Notes: generated by a model from the letters alone, not told the origin. Positions 20,967 to 31,142 are shown, counted from the stretch's first letter. The stretch is DNA of 64,000 bases from an uncultured Verrucomicrobiae bacterium (GCA_963764165.1 CAVXRD010000004.1:160001-224000), one strand, 5' to 3'. Made by a program: numbers and translations.

Positions 20967-21031
20967 ATGAGCGCACTCATATTCATAAGCGAGACCCGCG
21001 ATTCCGTCAAGTGCAACATGAGTGCGCTCAT
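20967..21031. promoter_or_regulatory. two near-palindromic operators flanking a TTGACG -35 (likely TetR autoregulation)
   Basis: ATGAGCGCACTCAT (20967-20980) and ATGAGTGCGCTCAT (21018-21031) are exact reverse complements; TTGACG on the minus strand at 21010-21005. Confidence 0.7.
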
Positions 21032-21300
21032 ATTTCATTGGAATTCAGGGTGGATGCGAAGAGGAAAAGCCTGCAAGCGCTTTTTAATGAAGCGAGCTTC
21101 CGCGCCGAGAACCGGGATTTTTTGGCAAAAGAAACGCCCGGCCTCAAAGCAATCCTGTGGAAAATGATTTTGCCACCAGAGCTAAGGCGCCAGCGGCTGT
21201 TGCCATGTGTCATCGTGGGCGGCTTCTTCTTTCCGTCGCGAACCATGCGCGCAAGAGGCCAATAAAATAACAATCGCGAATGACCATCTCATAACACGTC

Positions 21301-22407
21301 TCAGCGGGGCTTCCGTCGAAACAAGTAGTGCGACACAAGCCATTCCTCCCCATCTCGAAATCCCCACAATTCCGCGCAGGCCATAAAAAACACCCGCCAA
21401 TAGGCCCACCACCGCGTGGCGTTTTGAGCGCCGTACACTTTCGCAAAGAGAGGGCGGATTTCACGCTGATGCGCGTCCATGTTTTTGAGCCATGCTTCGG
21501 CGGTTTTTTCGTAGTGCCGCCCGTTGACGCGCCAGTAATCCTCTGTAACGAAGTGAGTTTGAAAATAGAAAAGCAGATCCTCGGAAGGCATCATTCCGCC
21601 CGTAAAAAAGTGGCGGGCCATCCAGTCTGAGTTTTCCCGCGCCACAAAATGATAAGCATATTTGCGATGCGCAAAAATATGGACGAACAACAGCCCGTCC
21701 AGCTTCAACCAGCGGCTGATGTTTCCAGAGAGCCGCTCAAAATTCTTCATGTGCTCGAACATCTCCACTGAGACAACCCGATCAAATTTCTCCGCAATGT
21801 CGAAATGATTCATGTCGCAGGTAATAACCCGCAAATTCGACAAGCCGCGCCTTTGCGCCTCGCCATCGACAAATAGCTTTTGCGACGCCGAATTCGAAAC
21901 AGCCGTGATTCGGGAATTGGGATAGCGCTCCGCCATCCACAGAGAAAGAGAACCCCAGCCGCATCCCAATTCCAGAATGGAGCTGCCATCGTTGATTCTA
22001 GCCCGCTCGCACGTGAGTTTGAGCATGGCCTCCTCGGCCGCGTCGAGAGTTGTCACCCCGGCAGGCCAATAAGCGGAGCTGTATTTGAGCCGGCGGCCAA
22101 GGCAAAGCTGGTAGAACCGCGCCGGCACTTCGTAATGCTGCTCGTTGGCCGCCGCCGTCTCGATAGCTATGGGGGATTGCTTCAGGCCCGCAACGAAATT
22201 CGTCAAGCGTTCCCGCTGCAGATCCTCATTGGGTTCCATTTCTTCCTTCAATCGAGCGCGCAGCAAGCGCCGGATGCCGATGCGGATGAGCCAGTCCGGC
22301 AGGAGATTGTTTTCGAGCAAGCGGTCCAGCGTTGAGGACGGCGGCGGAGCCGGGGCGCGGATTACTTCGGCGCCGGCATTCAATGTTATTGTATCGTGAT
22401 GACCCAC
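21301..22407 (-). CDS. SAM-dependent methyltransferase (CFA-synthase/coclaurine-NMT-like)
   Basis: [33 protein letters not shown]; start uncertain (GTG at 22407 chosen). Confidence 0.88.
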   Translation of the reverse strand: MGHHDTITLNAGAEVIRAPAPPPSSTLDRLLENNLLPDWLIRIGIRRLLRARLKEEMEPNEDLQRERLTNFVAGLKQSPIAIETAAANEQHYEVPARFYQLCLGRRLKYSSAYWPAGVTTLDAAEEAMLKLTCERARINDGSSILELGCGWGSLSLWMAERYPNSRITAVSNSASQKLFVDGEAQRRGLSNLRVITCDMNHFDIAEKFDRVVSVEMFEHMKNFERLSGNISRWLKLDGLLFVHIFAHRKYAYHFVARENSDWMARHFFTGGMMPSEDLLFYFQTHFVTEDYWRVNGRHYEKTAEAWLKNMDAHQREIRPLFAKVYGAQNATRWWAYWRVFFMACAELWGFRDGEEWLVSHYLFRRKPR

Positions 22408-22411
22408 AATT

Positions 22412-23201
22412 CTATTTGGTAAACCACGGCACGAACGCGCTCGTCGTGCGTTGATATTCCCGATACGCCTCACCTCGGCGCTTCAGCGAAAGTTTTTCGG
22501 TCAGGGGGATTCCCGTCACGCGCAGCAAAAAGTAAAGCATCAGCGCCGGGCAAAAAACCGTCCAGCAGCCTCCGGGCGAATTCCACGCAAACATGAAAAA
22601 TCCAACCCACACCAGCCATTCGAAAAAGTAATTTGGGTGCCGTGAATATCGCCACAAGCCGGCTTTGCAAACCAATCCCTTGTTCTCGGAGCGGGAAACG
22701 AAGGTCTTCAATTGATGATCCGCCAACGCCTCGCCGATAACTCCAGCCAGTACCGACTAACGCCCCTGCCCATTCCATTGCGCTTATGCCAGGCCGCGGG
22801 TTCAGGCACGGGACTGCAAACACACTCGAAAAAGCCGCAATTGAAAGCGCCTGGAATTGAAAAAAACAAAATGTTTTCTTCACCAACTTCGGCCCCCACC
22901 CCACCCGCAGGTTGACGTAGCGCGCGTCTTCTCGCGGGTGATGGCGGTAAACGCGCCATGCGACATGGATGCCAAGCCGCGCGCTCCACAGAACGGCCAA
23001 TCCCGCCACGAGCAGGCGGCGCTCGAGATCACCGAGGGTTAGCGCCGCGAACGCGATCGCCAGTGGGAGAAAACTTAGCGCCCAAGCAATGTCAACAATG
23101 CCAAGGTTTTGAATTCGCAACGCCACCCACCAGACGCAAAGCATCAACACAATTGCAAAACCCGCCGCGCCGAGAATCATCCATGGAAATTCATTCAGCA
23201 T
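22412..23201 (-). pseudogene. DUF1295 (steroid 5-alpha-reductase-like) membrane protein, frameshifted near 22755
   Basis: N-half (IVDIAW, WSARLG, EDARY) and C-half ([34 protein letters not shown]) are in different frames. Confidence 0.8.
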
Positions 23202-23548
23202 GCGGTGGAAGCCTCCGTTTCCCGGCGAAGAAGCACGTCTTGGATGCCCGCCGTGGGCGGCAGGCGAAAAAGCGTGATCAGCATGTAAATCGACATCGCG
23301 ATGTTTCCCAAAAGCAAAATGGCGATCAGCCACAAGATGCGCGCCAGCCAGCTTGTCTCTTTGCATGCCACCCACGCGTAAAAAGTCAGAAAGCCAAAGT
23401 AGCAATCCAGCAGCGTCGCAATGAACCAAGGGTGGGTCGCCACGGCATGCGGCGTTTTCCAAAGGGCGCCCTGCTCGGAGGCCCAGCTTGTCCCAGCCAG
23501 CATCGAGATTAAGACGAAAATAAAACAAATTCGGAGCCGCCAGATCAT
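23195..23548 (-). CDS. DUF1475-family membrane protein
   Basis: PWFIATLLDCYFGFLTFYAWV..KE..LGNIAMSIY. Confidence 0.8.
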   Translation of the reverse strand: MIWRLRICFIFVLISMLAGTSWASEQGALWKTPHAVATHPWFIATLLDCYFGFLTFYAWVACKETSWLARILWLIAILLLGNIAMSIYMLITLFRLPPTAGIQDVLLRRETEASTAC

Positions 23549-24825
23549 GATGCCGCAAGGGTTGGGTTATTGGGCCGCGTGTAGACCGCCTGCACGACGG
23601 TGATGTTTCGCATCGCAAATGCGGCCTCGCAGTAAGAAAAATAGTAGTTCCATTTGCGAATGAAGCGCGCATCGAAGCCAAGCCGGCGAACGCCAGCTTC
23701 ATTCGCGTTGAACGAAGCCCGCCATAGGCGCAGCGTTTCCGCGTAGGAAAGACCGAGGTCTCTTAGATCGTGCAAGAACAAATCCCCTGTCCGGCGCAGC
23801 GCTTGATTCACGCGATGCAATGAAAGCAGAAGCGAACCAGGAAAAATGTGCTTCTGAATCCAATCGACGTTCTTGCGAAGCGACTCGTGCCGGGTGTCGG
23901 GACACGTGATCATTTGCAGCGCGAGCAATCCATTTGGCTTCAAAACTTCATGGCACTTGGCGAAATACGTCTCGAGATACGCATCGCCAACAGCTTCAAG
24001 CATCTCTATGGAGGCGATCTTATCGAATTGGCCGGGGATTTTCCGGTAATCCATCAGCTTGATTTCAACGCGATCCGACAAGCGTTCTTTCTCGAAGAGG
24101 TCGCGCGCGAATTTGCATTGCTCCTCGGAAATCGTGACCGTGGTCACGCGGACGCCAAAATATTTTGCGGCGTGCCTGCCGAATCCTCCCCAACCCGAAC
24201 CGATCTCCAAAACGTGTTCGCCGGGTTTTAATTTGAGCTGGCGGCACAACCGGTCGTATTTTGCGACCTGCGCTTGTTCGAGCGTCTGCTTGCGTGACGA
24301 AAAAAGGGCGGACGAATATGTCATTGTCGGATCAAGGAACAGCTTGTAAAAGTCGTTTCCCAAGTCGTAATGTTCCGAAATATTTCTGCGGCTTGTCGCA
24401 AGGCTATTAGGACGAAGCAAGTGTCCGAGGCGATTCCACCAGCCGAAGAGATTCACCAGAATTTTCTTAGCCTTTGCGCCAGAGAGCGTTGGTGCATTTT
24501 CGATATTCAGAATGAACCATGAAATGACGCGCGTGATATCGTCTGTCTCCCACTCACCTGCCACGTATGATTCACCAAAACCAACGTCCCCAAAAAGCAC
24601 GCACCGGCGAAAGAACTCCAAATTGATTACGCGGATGTTGGCGGAAATTTCCGCCCCGGGCTGGCCAAAGAATTTCTGCGTTCCATCGGGCAGGCGCAAT
24701 TGAAGGCAGCCGCGTGTCATCGTTTCCAGCGAACGCAGGACGGCTCTCTGATAAAAACCGGCGGCGCCGCCGCCCGCTTTCGACGACGGGCAGGCTGAAG
24801 TGATTGCAGCTTCGTTCGGGTTCAT
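23545..24825 (-). CDS. cfa: cyclopropane-fatty-acyl-phospholipid synthase-family methyltransferase
   Basis: GFGESYVAGEW, NISEHYDLGNDFY, LEIGSGWGG, IEMLEAVG and YCEAAF; ATGA-coupled to the DUF1365 gene. Confidence 0.9.
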   Translation of the reverse strand: MNPNEAAITSACPSSKAGGGAAGFYQRAVLRSLETMTRGCLQLRLPDGTQKFFGQPGAEISANIRVINLEFFRRCVLFGDVGFGESYVAGEWETDDITRVISWFILNIENAPTLSGAKAKKILVNLFGWWNRLGHLLRPNSLATSRRNISEHYDLGNDFYKLFLDPTMTYSSALFSSRKQTLEQAQVAKYDRLCRQLKLKPGEHVLEIGSGWGGFGRHAAKYFGVRVTTVTISEEQCKFARDLFEKERLSDRVEIKLMDYRKIPGQFDKIASIEMLEAVGDAYLETYFAKCHEVLKPNGLLALQMITCPDTRHESLRKNVDWIQKHIFPGSLLLSLHRVNQALRRTGDLFLHDLRDLGLSYAETLRLWRASFNANEAGVRRLGFDARFIRKWNYYFSYCEAAFAMRNITVVQAVYTRPNNPTLAAS

Positions 24826-25622
24826 TTCGCAGCCAGAGTTGAATGTGGGCGCAGCACATCGCGCTGCAGCGCCAAATCGTTTTGTTTGCGATAAAACGGA
24901 ACGCGTTTTAGCCACAGGCGGAACGCGTGCCAATGAATGAGAAAGATGACTTTCAGCGTCACCATCGGATATTTGATTGAGAACCAAAGAAGGTTTCGGT
25001 TGCCCAAGGCTGCGCGACACCCCGTGAGGGCGCTCATCAAGATTTTCTCGCCACCTTCGAGGTCATCGATCTTGATGTTCAGCGTTTCTCCGGGCACGCG
25101 CAGGCGAAAATCGAATTTCAAATCAAGCCGCGAGAACGGAGAGACATAAAAATGCTTGGCCGTGGTCTTTTGGAAAATCGCGTCCGCTCCAAGATTCCCG
25201 GGACCCAGCAGATACAGTTTCATTTCGCGAAATGTATTGCCGACTTCCGCCACCGCGCACACCGGCTGACCCAGCGCGTCAAAGCAGTAATAAACGGAAA
25301 TGGGATTGAAGATATAGCCGAAGACGCGAGGCAGAGTCAGCAGCATGACGCGCGGCGATCCTTTAATTTCGATTCCATTCGCGGTGACATGCTGGAGAAT
25401 CCGCTGTTTAAGCGAGCCGTTTCCCGCCGGTTCATGATCGGCATCGCGAAAGCTGTAAACATTCCGGCGGTTATGGCTGAAGAGGGCTAGAAGCCACCCT
25501 AGCAATTCGACCTCATCCAAGTCGATGTAGAACATGAAGATGTCATGCTTGAAGGAGTGATTTTTCGGCGCGAGCCGCTGATGCATGACCGAACATTCGT
25601 AAAGGCACGAGTTCACGACCAC
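24822..25622 (-). CDS. DUF1365-family protein
   Basis: H.RL.P..H.F, PRVFGYIFNPISVYY, AEVGNTF and KHFYVSPF. Confidence 0.9.
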   Translation of the reverse strand: MVVNSCLYECSVMHQRLAPKNHSFKHDIFMFYIDLDEVELLGWLLALFSHNRRNVYSFRDADHEPAGNGSLKQRILQHVTANGIEIKGSPRVMLLTLPRVFGYIFNPISVYYCFDALGQPVCAVAEVGNTFREMKLYLLGPGNLGADAIFQKTTAKHFYVSPFSRLDLKFDFRLRVPGETLNIKIDDLEGGEKILMSALTGCRAALGNRNLLWFSIKYPMVTLKVIFLIHWHAFRLWLKRVPFYRKQNDLALQRDVLRPHSTLAAK

Positions 25623-26890
25623 AACCTTTCACCAGTGACGACACGGCTGACCTCCAAGGCGGACGTGAACGCGTCTTCATGAAAGCCATTCCTAAAATAG
25701 CTCCCGCAAAACAAAACACTGCTTTTTGGCGCATTCAATTTTGGCAAGTTTTCTTGAGCCTTGATCGCGCCGAGGCTGAACAACGGATGTTCATATTGAA
25801 TGCGTTTGCGGACCGCCGCCGGATTCACGGAATTTTCGCCATTGATCGAGACGAAATAATTTTCCCGGCCAGAGACGCCCTGCAAACGGTTCATCCAGTA
25901 GGTCGTTGAAGGATGGATATCGCCGCGCTCGTTCCGGTCGATGCGATAATTCCAAGAAGACCAGCACCGTTTTGCCTTCGGCATCACGCTGGCATCGGTG
26001 TGCAAGAGCGCAGAATTCGGCTGATATTTAAATTCGCCTAGCCAATTCGTTTCCCGGAGATCGGCATCTGACAAGAGATTCAAGGCTTCGTCGGCGTGCG
26101 TGGCGAGAATCACGCGGTCGTACAGCTCGGCCCCGCCGGATTCATCTGCGACACTGGCGCCGGCGCTGCCTCGGCGGACAGACACCGCGCCACGCTTCAA
26201 CTTGACGCTCTCCCGAAACGGCGCAGTCAGTTTTTGGACGTAGGATTTTGCGCCATTCACCACCGTCAGCCACGGATGCTGCGTATGCAGCCCAAGAAAA
26301 CCGTGGTTGTGAAAAAAGCGCAGCAGCGCCATGACGGGGAATTCGAGCATCAATTGAGGCGGCGTCGACCAGACGGCGGAACTCATTGGCACGAGATAGA
26401 AATTGAGAAAATCATTGCCGTACTTTCTTTCAGCCACGTATTCCGCCAGCGTTTGCGATTCGAAGGCCGGATCTGCCAGAGCTTCCACCGCCTCGGAATT
26501 AAAACGATTGATTTGCAAAATCATGTGCCAAAACCGCGGGCGCACGAGGTTTCTTCGCTGCGCAAACAGTCCACCCAGGCCTGAGCCGCAAAATTCCAAT
26601 CCTGTCGGCAAATGCTGAACGCTGAAAGACATCGGCGCGGGCTTGGTCTCCACCCCGAGTTCGCGGAACAGGCGCGTCAGGTTCGGGTACGTTATTTCGT
26701 TGAACACCATGAAGCCTGTATCAACCGGAATGGCCCCACTCTCTTCCATAACGCAAATGGTGTTGGAATGCCCGCCCGCATACTCGTTTTTCTCGTATAG
26801 CGTCAAATCGAATTTGCGGTGCAGGAAATGCGCGCAGCCCAGCCCGGCAATTCCAGTCCCAATAATTGCCAGCCTTCGCTTGGAAATCAT
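25613..26890 (-). CDS. FAD-dependent oxidoreductase (COG2907-type)
   Basis: AIIGTGIAGL, GGHSNT, VDTGFMVFN..TYPN and GFHEDA. Confidence 0.92.
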   Translation of the reverse strand: MISKRRLAIIGTGIAGLGCAHFLHRKFDLTLYEKNEYAGGHSNTICVMEESGAIPVDTGFMVFNEITYPNLTRLFRELGVETKPAPMSFSVQHLPTGLEFCGSGLGGLFAQRRNLVRPRFWHMILQINRFNSEAVEALADPAFESQTLAEYVAERKYGNDFLNFYLVPMSSAVWSTPPQLMLEFPVMALLRFFHNHGFLGLHTQHPWLTVVNGAKSYVQKLTAPFRESVKLKRGAVSVRRGSAGASVADESGGAELYDRVILATHADEALNLLSDADLRETNWLGEFKYQPNSALLHTDASVMPKAKRCWSSWNYRIDRNERGDIHPSTTYWMNRLQGVSGRENYFVSINGENSVNPAAVRKRIQYEHPLFSLGAIKAQENLPKLNAPKSSVLFCGSYFRNGFHEDAFTSALEVSRVVTGERLWS

Positions 26891-27864
26891 GGATTGGGAT
26901 TTGAAACGAGTCCTGTGGGCAGAACTTCACCTTTAGGTTCATATGCGGAACGCGGGACAGATTTAAGATCCCAAATGAGGCCGGTCCATGAAAGCGCCTT
27001 CAGCAGGTAGTAGGAAACATCGAGTTCCCACCAATAAAAACCCTGCCGGGTCGCGCTCATGTAGCGGTGGTGATTGTTGTGCCAGCCTTCCCCCAGCGTG
27101 ATAATCGCCAGCAGCAGGCTGTTGCGGCTGTTATCCCTGGTGTCATACCGACGTTTGCCGAGAAGATGCGCCAGCGAATTAATCGAGGATGTCGCGTGAA
27201 ACAAAGCCGTTGTGCTGATGAAAAATCCCCAAACCAGCATCTGCCACGAAGATGCGTGCAGCCCCGGAAACCATCTGCCAAGGGCAAGGCCAAGAATAAA
27301 TAAACACCCCGCAAATAGCACGGGAACGACTGAATCAAACCGGTTGAGAAACACCAGCTCGGGATATTTTGCCAAGTCGGCCACTTGCGAGTAATCAGTC
27401 GGAAAATTCCGCGCGCTGGTTATCCACCCAATATGCGACCACCAAAACCCCCGTCTCGACGGGGAGTGGACATCCTCCTCGTCGTCCGAATGCCGGTGAT
27501 GATGGCGGTGCTGGTAGCTCCACCAGAGCGGTCCCCGTTGAACCGAGGTCTCGCCGAGCACCGCAAATAAAAACTGCGCGAAGCGCGACGTTTGAAAAGT
27601 TCGATGCGAGAAATAGCGGTGATAAAATCCGGTGATGGCAAACATGCGGATGAGATACAAAAAGAGCGCCGCTCCCACCGCTGTCCAGCTCCACCCAGCA
27701 AAAAGGACGCCAAGGCAGCCGAGGTGCAAAATGACAAACGGAAACACGCGAATAAATTCCACTTTGTCCGGCTTGGCCAGAATCTTGGCGATGTCGCCGT
27801 TGCCGTAATCGGCGTCAACCCATTGAACCAAAGAGGTTTTCGTCCTTCCCAGCCATATTCGCAT
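26887..27864 (-). CDS. acyl-CoA/acyl-lipid delta-9-type desaturase
   Basis: His boxes HRYFSH, HRHHH and GEGWHNNHH; start at 27873 or 27864. Confidence 0.93.
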   Translation of the reverse strand: MRIWLGRTKTSLVQWVDADYGNGDIAKILAKPDKVEFIRVFPFVILHLGCLGVLFAGWSWTAVGAALFLYLIRMFAITGFYHRYFSHRTFQTSRFAQFLFAVLGETSVQRGPLWWSYQHRHHHRHSDDEEDVHSPSRRGFWWSHIGWITSARNFPTDYSQVADLAKYPELVFLNRFDSVVPVLFAGCLFILGLALGRWFPGLHASSWQMLVWGFFISTTALFHATSSINSLAHLLGKRRYDTRDNSRNSLLLAIITLGEGWHNNHHRYMSATRQGFYWWELDVSYYLLKALSWTGLIWDLKSVPRSAYEPKGEVLPTGLVSNPNP

Positions 27865-27904
27865 TTTCTTCACAGCATTAATTTTTTCAGCCTTCCTATC
27901 AATG

Positions 27905-27931
27905 AATCGTCTGTGGAAGGGCAATGGATGC
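27905..27931 (-). promoter_or_regulatory. candidate SigK-like ECF promoter GCATCC-N15-ACGATT
   Basis: Upstream of the desaturase, followed by AGGAAGG; resembles the CCATCC-N15-CCGAA SigK consensus. Confidence 0.45.
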
Positions 27932-28089
27932 TAAAATGCCTCTGCGTCCGTTTGCGATCCGCGAGCGTTATTTCATTGTTGAGATGACAACTTGTAACGC
28001 GCCATCAATTTGATATGAACATCAGCGCGCAAACTTATTTTGTGCGGAGCTTTTTGCTGATTGATGAAGAGCCGTCTGGCAAATCCACA

Positions 28090-28674
28090 ATGTTGTCGAA
28101 GCCGGTGAGCGGGACCAAAGCCACCGATGAAGATATCGAGCTGCTGCGTCAAATCGCGGCCGGGGATCGCGCTGCCTTCGCGGCATTCTACGACAAGTAC
28201 TCCACGCTGCTCTACTCGATTGCGCTGAAAATTCTAAATGACAGCGCCGAAGCGCAAGACGTGCTGCAGGAGACGTTTCTTCAATTGTGGGAAAAGGCCC
28301 CTAATTTTGATCCGGCCCTTGGCAAGGCTTCAAGCTGGGTGGCGATTCTGGCGCGGAACAAAGCGGTGGACAAGCTCCGCGCGTCCCAGCGCCGCTCCCG
28401 CCTGGCTGATGAAGCCGGCGCGCAGGAAGCCATTGTTGCGGAGGGCGCGAAGACGGCCAATGAATCCGTTTACGGCCGCGAAAAATCCGCGATGGTGAAT
28501 TCCGCCCTCGCCTCTCTGCCTCCAGACCAGCGCCGGCCGATTGAACTCGCCTATTTTTCCGGCCTTTCGCAAAGCGAGATTGCGGACGTTTTGCAGGAAC
28601 CGCTTGGCACCATCAAGGCGCGCATCCGCCGCGGATTGCTCAAGCTTCGCGACCAACTGGAGGGCATCTTATGA
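28090..28674 (+). CDS. ECF sigma factor (SigK/RpoE-like)
   Basis: AQDVLQETFLQLW, ARNKAVDKLR and LAYFSGLSQSEIA..PLGTIKARIRRGL. Confidence 0.93.
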   Translation: MLSKPVSGTKATDEDIELLRQIAAGDRAAFAAFYDKYSTLLYSIALKILNDSAEAQDVLQETFLQLWEKAPNFDPALGKASSWVAILARNKAVDKLRASQRRSRLADEAGAQEAIVAEGAKTANESVYGREKSAMVNSALASLPPDQRRPIELAYFSGLSQSEIADVLQEPLGTIKARIRRGLLKLRDQLEGIL

Positions 28675-28898
28675 TGGACGAACGGATGGAACAGCAGGCC
28701 GCGCTGCATGTCCTTGGAGCCCTGACCGAGACGGAGGCGCGCGAATTCAAGCAAGCGATGCAAGCCGATCCGGAAATCAAGGAATTTGTCGCCAGCCTGA
28801 GCAAAGCCACGGGTCCGCTGGCCGGCTCGGCGCCAATGGCACAGCCGCCGGCCCAACTGCGCGAAAGCATTCTTTCAAAGGCGCAGCCTCGGCCATAA
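28671..28898 (+). CDS. stand-alone anti-sigma N-terminal domain (RskA/ChrR-like), 75 aa
   Basis: AALHVLGAL..E..EF...PPAQLRESIL; ATGA overlap with the sigma gene; no TM or cupin domain follows. Confidence 0.72.
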   Translation: MMDERMEQQAALHVLGALTETEAREFKQAMQADPEIKEFVASLSKATGPLAGSAPMAQPPAQLRESILSKAQPRP

Positions 28899-28995
28899 GC
28901 GGTCATGCAAGCCGGGCCGGCCGTCTGTAATTGACACACTCCGATTCATTTGCCCTAATATCGGTGGCGTTGGGGCGCGTGCATTATAATCTGCC

Positions 28996-29514
28996 ATGAA
29001 AAGAGATACAAATAAGACAACAACATTTACTCGGCGGGCTGCCATGCGCTCGTTGGCCCTTGCTTTTGGAAGCATGGCCGCAGGAACCCGGGTGCTCGGT
29101 CAGACTCCACCTGCAAACGCCAATGCAGCCCTGACGAATCTGCATCAGGAAGGCGCCTTCAACGTGGAACCCGCGCGCCTGTATGACACTCTGCTCTCGT
29201 CCAAGGAATTCTCCGCCTTCACCAAAACGTCGGCCAAAATCGATGCTGTCGAGGGCGGCGCATTTTCGCTCTTCGGCGGATTGATCGTTGGACGCAATGT
29301 CGAGCTGACTCCCAAGACACGCATCGTCCAGGCCTGGCGCGCGGGCCACTGGGATGCGGGCTTGTATTCCATCGTAAAATTCGAACTGCGGCCGCAGGGC
29401 GCCGAAACGCTTCTTGTCTTGGATCACTGCGGTTTTCCAGCGGGCGAATACGATCACCTCCTCTCTGGTTGGAAAGCGCACTATTATGACCCGTTGAAAA
29501 AGCATTTTGCGTAG
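28996..29514 (+). CDS. SRPBCC/AHSA1-domain protein with a Tat-like signal
   Basis: FTRRAAM leader; GGAFSLFGG..RIVQAWR..GWKAHY. Confidence 0.85.
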   Translation: MKRDTNKTTTFTRRAAMRSLALAFGSMAAGTRVLGQTPPANANAALTNLHQEGAFNVEPARLYDTLLSSKEFSAFTKTSAKIDAVEGGAFSLFGGLIVGRNVELTPKTRIVQAWRAGHWDAGLYSIVKFELRPQGAETLLVLDHCGFPAGEYDHLLSGWKAHYYDPLKKHFA

Positions 29515-29691
29515 AAACCGCCCTTCCCCGCCGCTCGCTTCGCTGTGGCCGATCTCGAGCGCTTCGCAACCCTCATCAACAAAGGTCCACCAATAGACGC
29601 AAGAATCGGGTGGAACTGTCCGCATTTACGGCCATGATGCGCCGGCGGATGGCTGTAAACCCATCGCGAACAAACAGTTTTGTTTCATATT

Positions 29692-30504
29692 ATGAGCCAG
29701 GAACAGGAAAAGGATTACGTGCTCGGAACCCACGACGAGGAAATCGCGCGGCTCGGGCTTCAACATCGCGTTTGGCGGCCCATTGTCCTGGATTGCTGGC
29801 GAAACGCGGGAATTGCGAGCGGGTCCAAAGTCGTTGATGTCGGCGCCGGCCCGGGCTATGCGACGCTGGATTTGGCGGAGATCGTCGGGCCGACGGGCAA
29901 AGTGGTGGCGGTGGAGCGTTCGCGCCGGTTCACCGACGCTGCAAGGCGTTCGTGCAATTTGCCACAGGTCAAATTTCAGGAAGCGGACATCATGGATGCG
30001 GCCATAGACGCCACCGATTTCGATGCCGCGTGGTGCCGCTGGGTGGCGTGTTTTGTTTCATCGCCTGCAACCCTGGTGCGGCGGATCCGAGAGTCCCTCA
30101 AGTCGGGAGGTGTGGCCATTTTTCACGAGTATTCAAATTATGCGACGTGGCAAGTGGCTCCCCGGAAGCAAGCGGTCGAAAGCTTCGTCACGGAAGTCAT
30201 GGCAAGCTGGCGGGCGCAGGGCGGCGAACCAAACATCGCGCTCCAATTCCCCGATTTGCTAAGCGAAGCGGGCTTCACCGTAACAAGCGCGCAACCGCGC
30301 GTTTTCACAGTTGCGCCGCGCGATGAAATGTGGCGATGGCCCGCCAGCTTCATCGAAATTAATCTGACGCGCCTGCAAACTCTCGGCAGAGTAACCAGGG
30401 AATGGGCTGATGTCGTGCGGCGCGAGTTCCAGGAGGCGCAATCAAATCCCGCGACCTGGCTGACAACGCCGATGGTGTTGGAAGTCATAGCGCGCGCTGA
30501 TTGA
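29692..30504 (+). CDS. class I SAM-dependent methyltransferase
   Basis: YVLG...E.ARL..QH and VVDVGAGPG motif I. Confidence 0.88.
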   Translation: MSQEQEKDYVLGTHDEEIARLGLQHRVWRPIVLDCWRNAGIASGSKVVDVGAGPGYATLDLAEIVGPTGKVVAVERSRRFTDAARRSCNLPQVKFQEADIMDAAIDATDFDAAWCRWVACFVSSPATLVRRIRESLKSGGVAIFHEYSNYATWQVAPRKQAVESFVTEVMASWRAQGGEPNIALQFPDLLSEAGFTVTSAQPRVFTVAPRDEMWRWPASFIEINLTRLQTLGRVTREWADVVRREFQEAQSNPATWLTTPMVLEVIARAD

Positions 30505-30545
30505 GACTTTGGCGATCGATTCTACCTAGCCGAATGCCAGCGGCA

Positions 30546-31142
30546 TCAGTCATCATTCAATCCCTTTCCACTGAGGATTCGCGGCATGCACTTCTCCACC
30601 CTCGCCTCCCGGGTCTTGGATTGTTTGGCCGACGACACAAAAATCATGTATCCACGCTGCCGTCCGGGAGTTAGCGCGTGGTAAGCAGTTTTGAGCGCCG
30701 GAATCTCATCCAGCTTCCTTTGCAATTCATCGGGAATCTTGAACTCCGTGATCTTTTTATAAGTTACTTTCCGTCCCGATTTCTCCGCCTCGATAGCTTC
30801 GCGAATGTAAGCAGCCAATGTAGGTTTCCTCGCCGCTATCTCGCGGACGCTTGTGAACTTGATCCAGCGGCCAGATTGGGAATTCTCGCCGGGCGCGCTT
30901 AAAATGCCCTCCGCATCTTTCAACAACGCGCCTTTGCAATACATAAAGGCGCACGAATCCTTCAATGACATGATAACAACCATGTTGCTGTTCTGAAATG
31001 AGTAACAAGGCTTGCCCCACTTCAATTCCTCGGTCAATCCGCAGCCAAGACAGATTCCCCTCAACTTCTTCACTTCCGCCTGCCACTTTTTGGCCCTGTC
31101 CAAATACGCGTCAACCTTGGGGTTCCTTTTACTTGAGTTCAT
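30546..31142 (-). CDS. YdeI/OmpD-associated (DUF1801) protein
   Basis: EELKWGKPCY, KGALLKD, LTPGRQRGY and AKQSKTR. Confidence 0.9.
   Translation of the reverse strand: MNSSKRNPKVDAYLDRAKKWQAEVKKLRGICLGCGLTEELKWGKPCYSFQNSNMVVIMSLKDSCAFMYCKGALLKDAEGILSAPGENSQSGRWIKFTSVREIAARKPTLAAYIREAIEAEKSGRKVTYKKITEFKIPDELQRKLDEIPALKTAYHALTPGRQRGYMIFVSSAKQSKTREARVEKCMPRILSGKGLNDD

Noticed and set aside
22470..23702. 410-aa ORF as a single protein
   Set aside because: Composite: the real DUF1295 part runs from 23201 to the frameshift near 22755; the rest overlaps DUF1475, cfa and the DUF1295 C-half out of frame
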